A stretch of DNA of 64,000 nucleotides from Eubacteriales bacterium (GCA_045546995.1 JAZQDW010000008.1:3253-67252), one strand, 5' to 3'; shown: positions 1-10,002, counted from the stretch's first letter. The notes: generated by a model from the sequence alone, not told the origin. Numbers and translations are program-made.

Positions 1-558
1 AAGGGGGCTGACCTGATAACGGTCTCCCCGACGGTAGGCCTTTTCCAGCTTTCCGTTTTGTAACGACCAGCTGAAATAGCGATAGGACAGCTGTTTGCCG
101 GCGGTGATGGCACGGTAGATGGCATCAATGTTGTAATAGATAGCCTCGTTGACCGTTTTGTTCCGCGCGGCAAGAAACACCTGACTTTTGAGCTGCTGTC
201 CCTGATAGTGGGAGCAGAGGGTGGTCAGCTTGTCAATGAGCTCCTTGCTCTTTTTTTCGGTGATAAATTGGCTGGATTGAATGGCATCTACCAGCAGATG
301 CAGTTCGGGCATTTCAAATTCCCGTTCTGCCAGATAATAGGTGCCCTTCTTCTCCCCTTTTTGAATGTCCAGCCCCAACAGCTCCAGATAGGCCAGATCG
401 TCGTAAAAGGTTTTACGTTCAATCGCGATATCATAGCGTTCCTCCAACAGCTCGCAAAGGCGGGTGCGGGAGAGGGGGTGCTGTTCATCAGTTTCGGTGC
501 AGAACAAACGGTACAGATAGATCAACCGCAGTTTTTGCATACCGCCGGAACGGGGCAT
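1..558 (-). CDS. HTH + WYL-domain transcriptional regulator (partial; C-terminus lies beyond the left edge)
   Basis: Absent from the ORF track because no stop lies in the window. Hand translation of the minus strand from ATG at 558-556 (AGGAGG about 8 nt upstream) gives MPRSGGMQKLRLIYLYRLFCTETDEQHPLSRTRLCELLEERYDIAIERKTFYDDLAYLELLGLDIQK... This is a winged-HTH-like N-terminus. It continues to ...LSYRYFSWSLQNGKLEKAYRRGDRYQVSP, which resembles the start of a WYL domain. Confidence 0.55.
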   Translation of the reverse strand, partial: MPRSGGMQKLRLIYLYRLFCTETDEQHPLSRTRLCELLEERYDIAIERKTFYDDLAYLELLGLDIQKGEKKGTYYLAEREFEMPELHLLVDAIQSSQFITEKKSKELIDKLTTLCSHYQGQQLKSQVFLAARNKTVNEAIYYNIDAIYRAITAGKQLSYRYFSWSLQNGKLEKAYRRGDRYQVSPL

Positions 559-581
559 GGGCGTTCCTCCTTTGTAAAAAA

Positions 582-1004
582 TCAGTCGTTGTGACAGCAG
601 CTGCCGCAGGTGCTGGGTACTTCAAAGTCCAGCTCACGGCCGATCTTCTGATAATAATCTGCCAAAGCGGCCTTGATGGCCTCCTCCGCCAGTACGGAGC
701 AATGGACCTTGACGGGCGGCAGACCGTCAAGAGCCTCCATAACGGCCTTGTTGGTCAATTGCAATGCTTCGGCAATGGTTTTGCCCTTGACCAGCTCGGT
801 GGCCATGGAAGAGGTGGCGATGGCGGCGCCGCAACCGTAGGTCTTGAATTTGCAATCGACAATGACGTCGTTCTCAATTTTGAGATACATCTTCATAATA
901 TCGCCGCATTTTTGGTTACCGACCTCGCCGATACCGTCGGCATCCGGGATCTCGCCCACGTTGCGGGGATTTTGAAAATGGTCTTTTACTTTTTCGCTGT
1001 ACAT
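582..1004 (-). CDS. nifU: Fe-S cluster assembly scaffold NifU/IscU
   Basis: 140 aa. Conserved scaffold cysteines sit in GNQKCGD, YGCGAAIA and VHCSVLA contexts. It lies directly downstream of the cysteine desulfurase gene. Confidence 0.9.
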   Translation of the reverse strand: MYSEKVKDHFQNPRNVGEIPDADGIGEVGNQKCGDIMKMYLKIENDVIVDCKFKTYGCGAAIATSSMATELVKGKTIAEALQLTNKAVMEALDGLPPVKVHCSVLAEEAIKAALADYYQKIGRELDFEVPSTCGSCCHND

Positions 1005-1020
1005 AGGTATACTCCTTTAT

Positions 1021-2211
1021 TTATAAGCTATAGTCCTCGGCAATGCCGGCCTTGATGGCATCCTCCCATACGGGGGACATATCCCGCAGGCGCTTTACGA
1101 TGCCGGGCAGGGTGTTCAAAATATAATCCACGTCCTCCTCGGTATTGTCCTCCCCCAGCGTGATCCGCAGGGAGCCGTGGGCCACTTCATGGGTCAGCCC
1201 GATGGCGAGCAGTACGTGAGAGGGATCGAGCGAGCCGGTGGTACAGGCCGAGCCGGAGGAGGCAAGAATGCCGTTCATATCCAGCATCAGCAGCAACGCC
1301 TCCCCTTCGATAAATTCGATGGAAATATTCACGTTGGAGGGGACTCTCTGTTCTCTCGAGCCGTTGAGACGGCAGTACGGGATCTTTTCGAGAATTCCGT
1401 CCATCAGCCGATCCCGCAGGCCCAGAAGGCGCGCATTGGTGGCCTCCATTTCCTTGCAGGACAGCTCCAACGCCTTGGCCATGGCAACGATAAAGGCGGT
1501 ATTTTCGGTACCGGCGCGCTTACCGCGCTCCTGCCCGCCGCCGTGAATGAGGGGCTTGACGTATACGCCGCCACGGACGTATAAAAAGCCGATGCCCTTG
1601 GGGGCGCCGAATTTATGGCCGCTGGCAGACAGCATATCCACACCCAATTCCTTAACGTTGATGGGCAGATGACCCACTGCCTGTACGGCGTCGGTGTGGA
1701 AGGGGATCTTGTGCGCTTTGGCAACGGCGGCCAGCTCCCGGATGGGTTGGATGGTACCGATCTCGTTGTTGGCGGTCATAATGGTGATCAGCTTGGTGTC
1801 GGGACGGATGGCCGCCTCCAGCTGTTCGGGGGTGATCAGACCGTTGGCATCTGCCGGCAGATAGGTGGCGGTACAGCCCTCTTTTTCCAGGGCCGCCACG
1901 GTGTGCAGGATGGCGTGATGCTCGATATTGGTGGTGATGATGTGACCGGGTTCCTTTTTCAGGATCCCGTAGAGAGCCATATTGTTGCTCTCCGAACCAC
2001 AGGAGGTGAAAATGATCTCCTGCTCCTTGGCGCCGATACACGCAGCAATGGTACGGCGGGCGTCCAGCACGGCCTGCTCGGTGATGTCCGAGATGGAGTA
2101 CATACTGGATACGTTGCCGTAATACTCTGTCAGATACGGCATCATGGCCTCCACCGCTTCGGGACGGATCCGGGTGGTAGCGGCGTGGTCTACATAGATC
2201 AGTTTACTCAT
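1021..2211 (-). CDS. nifS: cysteine desulfurase NifS (class V aminotransferase)
   Basis: 396 aa. N-terminus is IYVDHAATT. The PLP-lysine context is SASGHKFGAPKG and the active-site cysteine is in SSGSACTTG. Confidence 0.9.
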   Translation of the reverse strand: MSKLIYVDHAATTRIRPEAVEAMMPYLTEYYGNVSSMYSISDITEQAVLDARRTIAACIGAKEQEIIFTSCGSESNNMALYGILKKEPGHIITTNIEHHAILHTVAALEKEGCTATYLPADANGLITPEQLEAAIRPDTKLITIMTANNEIGTIQPIRELAAVAKAHKIPFHTDAVQAVGHLPINVKELGVDMLSASGHKFGAPKGIGFLYVRGGVYVKPLIHGGGQERGKRAGTENTAFIVAMAKALELSCKEMEATNARLLGLRDRLMDGILEKIPYCRLNGSREQRVPSNVNISIEFIEGEALLLMLDMNGILASSGSACTTGSLDPSHVLLAIGLTHEVAHGSLRITLGEDNTEEDVDYILNTLPGIVKRLRDMSPVWEDAIKAGIAEDYSL

Positions 2212-2244
2212 AAATTTTCTTCGCTTCCTTATTGACGAAATTGA

Positions 2245-2685
2245 CTATTTTGCGATGGCTTCTCTGGCGGCAACGGCCAGCGTGTCACACCGTTCGTTCA
2301 TGGGATGGCCGGCGTGACCCTTGATCCAGATAAAGCTTACCTGATGGGTCTCCAGCAGGGGCAGCAATCGTTGCCATAGATCCACGTTGAGCGCCGGCTT
2401 TTTATCGGCCTTTTTCCAGCCGCGGGCCTGCCAGCCGTATACCCAGCGTTGATTGACCGATTCACAAAGATAGCGTGAATCGCTGTACAGCGTGACCTCA
2501 CATGGCTCTTTGAGCGCCTCCAGCCCGACGATGGCGCCCAACAGCTCCATACGGTTGTTGGTGGTGTCGGCAAAGCCCTCGGAGAACTCCTTGGTCACAC
2601 CGTTGTATTCTATTACGGTGCCGTAGCCCCCGGGACCGGGGTTGCCGCTGCAGGCGCCGTCGGAATAGATATTAACGTGTTTCAT
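2245..2685 (-). CDS. rnhA: ribonuclease HI
   Basis: 146 aa. Shows the typical RNase H1 pattern: [16 protein letters not shown]...TNNRMELLG...SDSRY...[15 protein letters not shown]. Confidence 0.9.
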   Translation of the reverse strand: MKHVNIYSDGACSGNPGPGGYGTVIEYNGVTKEFSEGFADTTNNRMELLGAIVGLEALKEPCEVTLYSDSRYLCESVNQRWVYGWQARGWKKADKKPALNVDLWQRLLPLLETHQVSFIWIKGHAGHPMNERCDTLAVAAREAIAK

Positions 2686-3962
2686 TATTTCTTTTCGATC
2701 TTGCTGACACCGCCCATATAGGGACGCAGCGCCTCGGGAATGGTGATACTGCCGTCCTCGTTCTGGAAGTTTTCCAAAATGGCGGCGGTGGTGCGGCCGA
2801 CGGCTACGCCCGAGCCGTTGAGGGTGTGGACGAACTGGGCCTTGCCCTTGATATCATCCTTAAACTTGATGCCGGCGCGGCGTGCCTGGAAGTCCAGGAA
2901 GTTGGAACAGGAGGAGATCTCCACGTATCTGCCGTAGGAGGGCATCCATACTTCGATGTCGTAGGTCATGGCGCTGGAAAAGCCCAGATCGCCGCTGCAC
3001 AAACGAACCACACGGTACGGCAGACCCAGATCCTTCAGGCATTGTTCGGCGGAATCGGTCAGCGTCTCCAGTTCTTCCCAGCTTTGATCGGGTCGGGTGA
3101 ATTTTACCAGCTCGACCTTGTTGAATTGATGCTGACGGATCAGACCTCTTGTATCACGGCCGGCGCTGCCCGCTTCGGCGCGGAAGCAGGCGGAATAGGC
3201 ACAGTAACGGATGGGCAGCTTGCTGCCGTCCAAAATATCACCGCGGTACATATTGGTTACTGGGACTTCAGCGGTGGGAATGAGGAAAAGATCGTCGGTG
3301 GTCTTGAAGGCATCTTCCTCAAATTTGGGCAACTGACCGGTGCCGGTCATCGAGGCGCGGTTGACCAGATAGGGGGGCAGGATCTCTTCGTAACCGCGGC
3401 TGGAGTGGCTGTCCAGGAAAAAGCTGATGATGGCGCGCTCCAGCTTGGCGCCCAAACCTTTGTAGAAATGGAAACGGGCGCCGCTGACCTTTCCGGCGAT
3501 CTCGGGATCCAGAATGTCCAGCTCCTTGCCCAGCTCCCAGTGGGGCTTGGGCTCGAAGGTAAATTCCTTGGGCGTGCCGAAACGGCGCAGTTCTTCATTA
3601 TCGCTATCATCCTTACCGATAGGAACCATATCGGCAGGAACGTTGGGAATTTCGTACAGCAGCTGTTGGATGCGCTGTTCGATCTCGCTCTGTCGGGCGT
3701 CGTCCTGCTTGATCTGCTCGCTGAGCGTTTTCATCTCGGCAAAAATGGGAGCAACGTCCTTGCCTTCCTTTTTCAGTTGAGGGATCTGCTTGGATACGGC
3801 GTTTTGCTTGGCCTTGTTTTGCTCGGAGGCAAAAATGAGCGCCTTACGCTCGTCATCCAGCGTGCACAGCTCGTCGATGACGGCATCCAGATCCATACAG
3901 CGGTTATGCATGGCCGCCTTGACGGCCTCTTTGTTTTCTTTGATATATCTTACGTCCAGCAT
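2685..3962 (-). CDS. serS: seryl-tRNA synthetase
   Basis: 425 aa. N-terminal coiled-coil arm ([12 protein letters not shown]...) followed by class II aaRS core motifs ([30 protein letters not shown]). Confidence 0.95.
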   Translation of the reverse strand: MLDVRYIKENKEAVKAAMHNRCMDLDAVIDELCTLDDERKALIFASEQNKAKQNAVSKQIPQLKKEGKDVAPIFAEMKTLSEQIKQDDARQSEIEQRIQQLLYEIPNVPADMVPIGKDDSDNEELRRFGTPKEFTFEPKPHWELGKELDILDPEIAGKVSGARFHFYKGLGAKLERAIISFFLDSHSSRGYEEILPPYLVNRASMTGTGQLPKFEEDAFKTTDDLFLIPTAEVPVTNMYRGDILDGSKLPIRYCAYSACFRAEAGSAGRDTRGLIRQHQFNKVELVKFTRPDQSWEELETLTDSAEQCLKDLGLPYRVVRLCSGDLGFSSAMTYDIEVWMPSYGRYVEISSCSNFLDFQARRAGIKFKDDIKGKAQFVHTLNGSGVAVGRTTAAILENFQNEDGSITIPEALRPYMGGVSKIEKK

Positions 3963-3963
3963 C

Positions 3964-4548
3964 TTATTTCAATCTCTCCTCATAGTATGTGTATATGGCT
4001 TTGCTTTCCTCGGGCAGATTTTCTGCTTTGATCAGGGCAAAGGCCTCCTTGGCCTCCGTGATTTTATTTTGCCCATAGAGATCTATGGCCTGCAACAGCA
4101 ACTGCTGTTGATGGATGATCTCCTCCCCTTTGGTGATCAGGGCTTCGTCGAGCTCTGCGCCGGCCTGGAGGGTGGCGTTTTCCTTGGTAAGGGTTTCCAC
4201 CTGCTTGGTCAGCTGTTGGTTTTTCTCGGTAATGGTGGACAGACGGGACTTGTTTTGCGCATCCGATTGGGTGGCGCTTTCCGCCTGACTCTTATAATCG
4301 TCCATTTCCGCATGGATCTTGTTCTGGATGATATAACTGCCGCCGATCAGCGCCAGGGCGACCAGACAGAACACCGTACTGTAGATCCACAAAAATTTGA
4401 TATCTTTTTTGTATTCAACAACCTTTTTGGCTTTCTTTTCCAACTGTTGCTCCACACGGGTGGTGGGAGTTTCGGGGGCTTTCGCCTGTTCCGGCACCTC
4501 CGGTGCTAAGGGATCGGTGGGAACGTTCTTCTTTTCTTCCTGACTCAT
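3964..4548 (-). CDS. hypothetical single-pass membrane protein with coiled-coil ectodomain
   Basis: 194 aa. One hydrophobic helix ([22 protein letters not shown]), then a Q/E/K-rich heptad-like region. Its start overlaps the parB stop (ATGA) and its stop abuts the serS start. Confidence 0.6.
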   Translation of the reverse strand: MSQEEKKNVPTDPLAPEVPEQAKAPETPTTRVEQQLEKKAKKVVEYKKDIKFLWIYSTVFCLVALALIGGSYIIQNKIHAEMDDYKSQAESATQSDAQNKSRLSTITEKNQQLTKQVETLTKENATLQAGAELDEALITKGEEIIHQQQLLLQAIDLYGQNKITEAKEAFALIKAENLPEESKAIYTYYEERLK

Positions 4549-5414
4549 TTCCCTTCACCGCCTTTCAAAATTTCCATAATTTTTTCCAGCTCTGCCACGC
4601 TGTGGTAGCTGATCTCGATCTTACCGCTGTTTTTGGGAGTATGTCGGATCTGTACCTTGCTGCCCACGTGTTCACGGGCGGCGCGTTCCATCTCCTGCAG
4701 CGCCAGGGTGACCTCTCGGTCAAAGACGGGCAACTCCTTGGCGGGGGCCAGCGCTTTTTTAACCAGCCCCTCGGTTTGCCGTACCGTCAGTCCGTCGGAA
4801 ATGATGCGATTGGCCAGCATCAGCATTTTTTCTGCATCCAGCGGCATCAAGGCTTTGGCGTGGCCGGTGGATAGCTCGCCCCCTGCTACGAAATCCATGA
4901 TCTGCTCGGGCAGGGACAACAGCCGCAGCGCATTGGCGATGGCAGGACGGGACTTGCCCACCGAACGGGCGATCTCCTCCTGGGTCATGTGATACACGTC
5001 CTGCAGGGAGCGATAGCCGCGCGCTTCTTCAATGGGATTGAGATCCTCACGTTGCAGGTTTTCAATCAGCGCGATCTCCATATTTTGTTGTTTGGTAACG
5101 GTGCGGATGACGGCGGGCACCTCCTCTACCCCGGCGATGCGGCAGGCGCGCCAACGGCGCTCACCGGCAATGATGCGATAGCGGTCCCCCTCCAGGGGTT
5201 CCACCAGCAGGGGTTGGATCAGGCCGTGTTGCTCGATGGAGGCGGCAAGGGCCTGCAGTGCTTCTTCGTCAAAGTGTTTACGGGGTTGGTCCCGATTGGG
5301 CTCGATATCGCTGATCCGCAGGGTGCGGATGCCTTCGTCAGCGCGGGGCTGTTCGATGATGAAATCGTTATCTTCCCAAATGGCGTCCATTCGTTTTCCA
5401 AGACCTTTTTTCAT
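4545..5414 (-). CDS. parB: chromosome partitioning protein ParB/Spo0J
   Basis: 289 aa. ParB box GLIQPLLV...IIAGERRWRA, an HTH region, and a start that overlaps the end of parA. Confidence 0.9.
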   Translation of the reverse strand: MKKGLGKRMDAIWEDNDFIIEQPRADEGIRTLRISDIEPNRDQPRKHFDEEALQALAASIEQHGLIQPLLVEPLEGDRYRIIAGERRWRACRIAGVEEVPAVIRTVTKQQNMEIALIENLQREDLNPIEEARGYRSLQDVYHMTQEEIARSVGKSRPAIANALRLLSLPEQIMDFVAGGELSTGHAKALMPLDAEKMLMLANRIISDGLTVRQTEGLVKKALAPAKELPVFDREVTLALQEMERAAREHVGSKVQIRHTPKNSGKIEISYHSVAELEKIMEILKGGEGK

Positions 5415-6187
5415 CCCGTCACTCCTTTCTGATGCTCCAAAAACTCTCTTGCCAGCTCACGATATGCCAGCGCACCCTTGGAATAACGGTCGTACAGCTG
5501 TACCGGAACGCCGTGGCTGGGCGCTTCGCTGAGACGCACGTTGCGGGTAATGACGTTTTTGTATACTTTTTCACCAAAAAATTTTTTGACCTCATCCTTG
5601 ACCTGTACCGTCAGATTCAGTCTGCCGTCGTACATGGTCAGCAAGACGCCCTCCAAATGCAGGCCGGGATTGAAGTTTTGTTTGACCTTTTTAATGATAG
5701 AGATCAATTGGGACAAGCCTTCCAATGCATAGTATTCGCATTGGATGGGTGCCAGTACGGAATTGGCGGCGGTCAGCGCATTGAGGGTCAACAGCCCCAG
5801 ACTGGGGGGACAATCTATAAAGATAAAGTCATAGAGATGGCGTACCCGATCCAACGCCTGCTTGAGTAAGGAGGTGCGGTGGTCGGCGTTGACCAATTCG
5901 ATTTCTGCGCCCGCCAGATCTTTGGTGGCGGGAAGGATGTCCACGCCCTCCACGGCGGTCTTTTGAATGCAATCCCGCACGTCAACCTGTCCTACCAGCG
6001 CATCATATACGCTTTTTTCCAGCGATCGTCTGGAAATGCCATAGCCGCTGGTGGCGTTTGCCTGCGCATCAAAGTCCACCAGCAGGACCTTTTTGCCCAT
6101 TTCCGCAATGGCACAGGACAAATTGACGGCTGTGGTGGTTTTGCCGACGCCGCCCTTTTGATTTGTGATTGCGATTATTTTTCCCAT
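5411..6187 (-). CDS. parA: chromosome partitioning ATPase ParA/Soj
   Basis: 258 aa with the deviant Walker A KGGVGKTT near the N-terminus (IAITNQKGGVGKTTTAVNL). Confidence 0.95.
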   Translation of the reverse strand: MGKIIAITNQKGGVGKTTTAVNLSCAIAEMGKKVLLVDFDAQANATSGYGISRRSLEKSVYDALVGQVDVRDCIQKTAVEGVDILPATKDLAGAEIELVNADHRTSLLKQALDRVRHLYDFIFIDCPPSLGLLTLNALTAANSVLAPIQCEYYALEGLSQLISIIKKVKQNFNPGLHLEGVLLTMYDGRLNLTVQVKDEVKKFFGEKVYKNVITRNVRLSEAPSHGVPVQLYDRYSKGALAYRELAREFLEHQKGVTG

Positions 6188-6292
6188 AAATTTCTTCCTT
6201 TATGCGGTTGTTTCTTATTATATAATAGGTTGCTTTCACAGTATAGCACACTTGTTTGCATTTTTAAAGAGTTTTTTACGAAATTTTACAAA

Positions 6293-6308
6293 TGTTCCAC
6301 GTGAAACA
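6293..6308. promoter_or_regulatory. parS centromere site (perfect consensus)
   Basis: TGTTCCACGTGAAACA is an exact match to the Firmicutes parS 16-mer palindrome. It lies in the noc-soj intergenic region. Confidence 0.8.
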
Positions 6309-6330
6309 TTTTTTCTGCTTTCCTGCGGAG

Positions 6331-6346
6331 AGTTCTACGTGGAACA
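6331..6346. promoter_or_regulatory. degenerate parS-like site
   Basis: AGTTCTACGTGGAACA has 3 mismatches to the parS consensus and lies 22 bp after the perfect site. Confidence 0.35.
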
Positions 6347-6505
6347 TTCTGCCTTGCTTTGTTACCTTCGAGCAACCAAGATGATTCCAATCCCTCTTTG
6401 CAACATCGGCTCTGTCGGCGCAGACCGACGCTGCTTGCCAATCGCCGTGTTGCGGCAGCCGCTGACCTGCTCCCTTCCTCTGCCACCGGCAGCGGTCGCA
6501 GTCGC

Positions 6506-6521
6506 GATCCACGTGAAACAT
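6506..6521. promoter_or_regulatory. parS-like half-conserved site
   Basis: CGATCCACGTGAAACA has a perfect right half and 2 mismatches in the left half. It is embedded in a direct repeat of the region around the perfect parS. Confidence 0.45.
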
Positions 6522-6553
6522 TTTTTTCGCTGCTTTCCTGCGGAGATGCTCCA

Positions 6554-6586
6554 CAAAAAAAGGCGACCGAAATCATTTCGGTCGCC
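6554..6586 (-). terminator. rho-independent terminator of the noc-like gene
   Basis: GGCGACCGAAATCATTTCGGTCGCC hairpin. The A-run on the plus strand gives a T-run on the minus strand. Confidence 0.7.
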
Positions 6587-6623
6587 GGGGAAAGAGAACG
6601 GGCGGAATGTAAGGGGAAACATT

Positions 6624-7409
6624 CTACCCTTTGGGGATGCGAATAACGTATTCAATAAAGGTATCGTTTTCACTGCTGGTGGAACGGGCGTGGATGCCTG
6701 CCTTGCGGATCAGCTTGACAGCGTGCTCAATGGTGTTGCGGCAGATGCGGCGGTCCCGCACCAGTGGCGTTTGCTTGCCACGGGGCGGTTTCGGCGCCAA
6801 CAGACGAGCGACGTATTCCTCGGTGCGCGCCACGTTGTATTGGCGACGGATAATGGTCTCCAACGCATTGTACAGTTGTTCGGTGTCGTTTAGCTGTAGT
6901 AAGGCGCGGGCGTGCCGTTCGGTCAGATGATGGCCGGCCAGCTTGGATTGTACCGGAATGGGCAGTCGGAGCAACCGTAGCTTGTTGGCGACGGCCGATT
7001 GGCTTTTGCCCAGCTTTTGTGCCAGTTGCTCCTGCGTAAAGCCGAACTGATCCATCAACGCCTTATAGCCGTAGGCCTCCTCCCAATAGCTCAGGTTTTG
7101 CCGTTGCAGGTTTTCCAGCATAGTGGCCACGGCGCAATCTTCGGTGGGGCGGTCGTATACGATGCAGGGCAAACGGTGCAGACCGGCCAGCCGCGCGGCC
7201 CGCAGGCGGCGTTCTCCCGCCACCAAAATATAGCCGGAGCTACCGGGTGTTACTACCAAAGGTTGTAACACCCCATAACTGCGGATGCTGTCTGCCAGCG
7301 TGGCCAGCTCGTCGGCGGGAAAGATGCGACGCGGTTGGTGCGGTGAGGGTGTGATCTGTTCGGCAGGAATATAAAGAATATCGGTTTTTTGCCGGGGCGA
7401 GAGGGTCAT
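6624..7409 (-). CDS. noc: ParB-family protein, Noc-like (nucleoid occlusion / second ParB paralog)
   Basis: ParB box GVLQPLVV...VAGERRLRAARLAG. The ORF track start is 7442. I prefer ATG at 7409 (MTLSPRQ...) because GGAGGG lies about 9 nt upstream. The noc-soj-spo0J order matches the Bacillus arrangement. Confidence 0.75.
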   Translation of the reverse strand: MTLSPRQKTDILYIPAEQITPSPHQPRRIFPADELATLADSIRSYGVLQPLVVTPGSSGYILVAGERRLRAARLAGLHRLPCIVYDRPTEDCAVATMLENLQRQNLSYWEEAYGYKALMDQFGFTQEQLAQKLGKSQSAVANKLRLLRLPIPVQSKLAGHHLTERHARALLQLNDTEQLYNALETIIRRQYNVARTEEYVARLLAPKPPRGKQTPLVRDRRICRNTIEHAVKLIRKAGIHARSTSSENDTFIEYVIRIPKG

Positions 7410-7587
7410 GGAAGGGCGCCCTCCTTTCTTTGAGATCATCATACCGCTTTGCCGGTGGACAAGTCAAGAAAAAACGCTCGACAAATACAGACATAAAACC
7501 GACAAAAACCATTATATACCAACGGTTTGCGTGGGTTTATACGGTTTGCTTTTTCGGCGTTTTGGCGACCGTATTTTTTAAAAATCG

Positions 7588-7617
7588 ACAAAGAAAAAGG
7601 GACCCTTAGGTCCCTTT
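7588..7617 (-). terminator. terminator hairpin overlapping the PAP2 gene stop
   Basis: AAAGGGACC-ctta-GGTCCCTTT, followed by a U-rich tract on the minus strand. Confidence 0.55.
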
Positions 7618-8500
7618 ATTTCGTTTCATTTTTGGCTTGTTTTTTGTGATTATATCGATTTAAAATTACCGGATAGAGAAAACTGAGCCACAGGGCGATC
7701 AGCGCATAGTTGAGGCATTTCAGCCAGAGCACGTTGCCCAGCCACAGCAGCTTGGGCCACACGTTGAGCACTATCACGACGATCACGCCCAAAGCATATT
7801 GGAGGGCGCGGGTGGTCTTGCTTTCCGCCGGCTGATAATGGACCAGTCGCTGTTCCAGGAAAAAGCCGATCAGCGCGCTCAGCCCGAAGGACAGCATTTT
7901 GATGATATCCTCATCCGTACCGGTGGTCAGCGATACGGCGGAAAACACCATGGGAACGGCGTAAAGGAAGATAAACCAGTCGCTTTTGGGCAACAGACGG
8001 TCGTATAGATAGGTGGACAGCCAGATCCAACCGATGCTCAGTACCAGCGCGGTCACCACGTCAAAGGAGGTGTGACAGCCCAAAAAGATGCGGGACAGGC
8101 CGATCAGACCGACCACCGCCCATAAGATCGTCTTGATCCACCATTTGCCGGCGCCCTTGGCAAAATAGCCGTAAACGTTGGCGCCGATGGTGGTATGCCC
8201 GCTGGGGAAGGAATAACCGGTGGCGGTATGGCCCCGTACCACCTGCTCGCGGGAAAGGATGCCCAGATCCCACGGACGGGGGATCTTACAGAAGTTTTTC
8301 AGGCCCAGCGTCCACATCAGGCCGCCCATGGCGGTGCAGGCCATTCGCTTACCCGCATTCGGGTTGACGCACCAGTACAGAAAGGCGCCCACCAGAATGA
8401 TGATGGAATCCTCCGCCAATAGGGAAAACAGCTCCGCCAGACCTTTGAGTATGAAGTTGTCGTGCAGGGGCAAAAAATAGGTGATCAGACTTAGATCCAT
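7616..8500 (-). CDS. PAP2-family membrane phosphatase
   Basis: 294 aa and polytopic. All three PAP2 motifs are present: KIPRP, PSGHT and SRIFLGCHTSFD. Confidence 0.85.
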   Translation of the reverse strand: MDLSLITYFLPLHDNFILKGLAELFSLLAEDSIIILVGAFLYWCVNPNAGKRMACTAMGGLMWTLGLKNFCKIPRPWDLGILSREQVVRGHTATGYSFPSGHTTIGANVYGYFAKGAGKWWIKTILWAVVGLIGLSRIFLGCHTSFDVVTALVLSIGWIWLSTYLYDRLLPKSDWFIFLYAVPMVFSAVSLTTGTDEDIIKMLSFGLSALIGFFLEQRLVHYQPAESKTTRALQYALGVIVVIVLNVWPKLLWLGNVLWLKCLNYALIALWLSFLYPVILNRYNHKKQAKNETK

Positions 8501-8517
8501 AATAACAGCTCCTTTTG

Positions 8518-9999
8518 TCAGTCGTTATCCTGCTCTTGGAGAGGCAGGGTGATGGTAACGGTGGTGCCTTCTCCCAGCGTGCTTTGGATATCCAGGGTGC
8601 CACCGTGCTTTTTGACGATCTCGTCGGCCACGCCCAGGCCGATACCGCTACCACGCTTTTGCGAGTGGCCTTTATAAAACATCTGCTTGATGAAGGGCAG
8701 ATCCTCCGGCGAGATGCCCTCACCGAAATCCTGCACCGAGATGTAGACCGCCTGCTCGTCACAGGTGACGGCGGTCAGGATCTTACCGTCCGAGGCGGAA
8801 TGCTTGATGGCGTTGTCAATGATATTGAAAAATACCTGCTTAAGGCGGTTTTTGTCGCCCAACAGATGGACCTCATCCAGCTCGGGCGTGTATTCGATGG
8901 TCACACCCTCGATGCGGCCGCGCTCCATCATCATAAATACCGTGTCCTCAAATTCCGCCACCACGTTCATCGGCCCGACCATCAGCTTAAAGCGGCCGTT
9001 TTGGATGCGGGAGGTATCCAACAGCTCCTCCACCAGTCGGCTCAGCCGTTCGGTCTCTTTATAAATGACCTCGATGCCCCGTCGGGTGGTGGGATCCATC
9101 CCCTCGCTCTGGGTGGCGATCATCGTCTCACTCCAGCCGCGGATGGCGGTCAGCGGGGTGCGAAGCTCGTGGGAGACGGAGGAGATAAAGTCGTTTTTGA
9201 TTTTTTCGCTCTCGCCCAACTCCTGCGCCATGGCGTTGATGGTGGTACACAGATCACCCAGCTCGTCATCCTTGTAATAATGTTCGATGCGGGTGGTCAT
9301 ATTACCCTTGGCAATGGCCTTGGCCGTGTCGGAGATCTGCGCCACGGGCACCACGATGGATTTGATAAAATACAGACCGCTGAAGGCGGTGATGACGATA
9401 ACGGCCAGACCGATGAGAACCGCCGCCCCATACAGAGTGTATAAATAGCGATCGGTAGGTTGTAGGGCGGTCAGCAGACGCACCGTGCCCCGTACGTTGC
9501 CGTAGTTGTCCAGTAGCGGAGCGCTGTAGCTCATTACCTTTTCACCGGTGTTGACCAGATCCCCTACCCAATCCCCGGCCGTGCCCTGCCGCGCGGCGGC
9601 AAGATCGGGGGTGGCCACCATATCGTTGAGGGGGAAGCCCGAGGAGGAAACGGCCACCTTGCCGGTCAGATCGGAGATCTGGATCTCACAGAGTTCCTTG
9701 TCCTCAAAATCATCCACCATATCGTGGGCGGCGCCGGTAAAGGAGTCGGCGGAAATGTAATTTGAATAGTAATGTTCGACGTTGTCGGCATCGGCGCGCA
9801 GACGGCCCCGTACCAGATTGTAATAGGAACTGCGGGCAAAGGCGCAGAACAACAATACCAGCAAAATGTCCGCGATCAGTATGGTGCCGAAAATGTTATA
9901 CAGCCAACGGCGTGTGATGCCCGAAAAGAAGGTGCGCTTTAAACTGCGCAGCATACGGCGAAAATCCTTCCACAGGCGTGAAAACAGGCGTGGTTTCAT
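8518..9999 (-). CDS. sensor histidine kinase (2 TM, HAMP, HisKA, HATPase_c)
   Basis: 493 aa. H-box SHELRTPLTAI, N-box NIIDNAIKH, and G-boxes DFGEGI / GSGIGLG. Confidence 0.9.
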   Translation of the reverse strand: MKPRLFSRLWKDFRRMLRSLKRTFFSGITRRWLYNIFGTILIADILLVLLFCAFARSSYYNLVRGRLRADADNVEHYYSNYISADSFTGAAHDMVDDFEDKELCEIQISDLTGKVAVSSSGFPLNDMVATPDLAAARQGTAGDWVGDLVNTGEKVMSYSAPLLDNYGNVRGTVRLLTALQPTDRYLYTLYGAAVLIGLAVIVITAFSGLYFIKSIVVPVAQISDTAKAIAKGNMTTRIEHYYKDDELGDLCTTINAMAQELGESEKIKNDFISSVSHELRTPLTAIRGWSETMIATQSEGMDPTTRRGIEVIYKETERLSRLVEELLDTSRIQNGRFKLMVGPMNVVAEFEDTVFMMMERGRIEGVTIEYTPELDEVHLLGDKNRLKQVFFNIIDNAIKHSASDGKILTAVTCDEQAVYISVQDFGEGISPEDLPFIKQMFYKGHSQKRGSGIGLGVADEIVKKHGGTLDIQSTLGEGTTVTITLPLQEQDND

Positions 10000-10002
10000 A
10001 CA

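Noticed and set aside
3963-3975. T-box riboswitch expected upstream of serS
   Set aside because: serS starts 1 nt after the stop of the upstream ORF, so there is no leader space. serS appears to be co-transcribed with the parAB-hypothetical genes.
2826-4031. 401-aa ORF antisense to serS, plus similar shadow ORFs at 1615-2235, 8515-9444, 16003-16893, 16676-17776, 38284-39651, 42174-42875 and 44038-44928
   Set aside because: All of them overlap genes with clear family motifs on the other strand. They have G/A/R/L-rich compositions typical of antisense frames in GC-rich DNA and lack Shine-Dalgarno sequences.
6276-6673. Several 90-100-aa ORFs on both strands in the noc-soj spacer (for example 6276-6554, 6286-6576, 6359-6646 and 6362-6673)
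   Set aside because: They overlap each other, have no RBS, span the parS repeats and the noc terminator, and have R/S/A-rich noise-like sequences.
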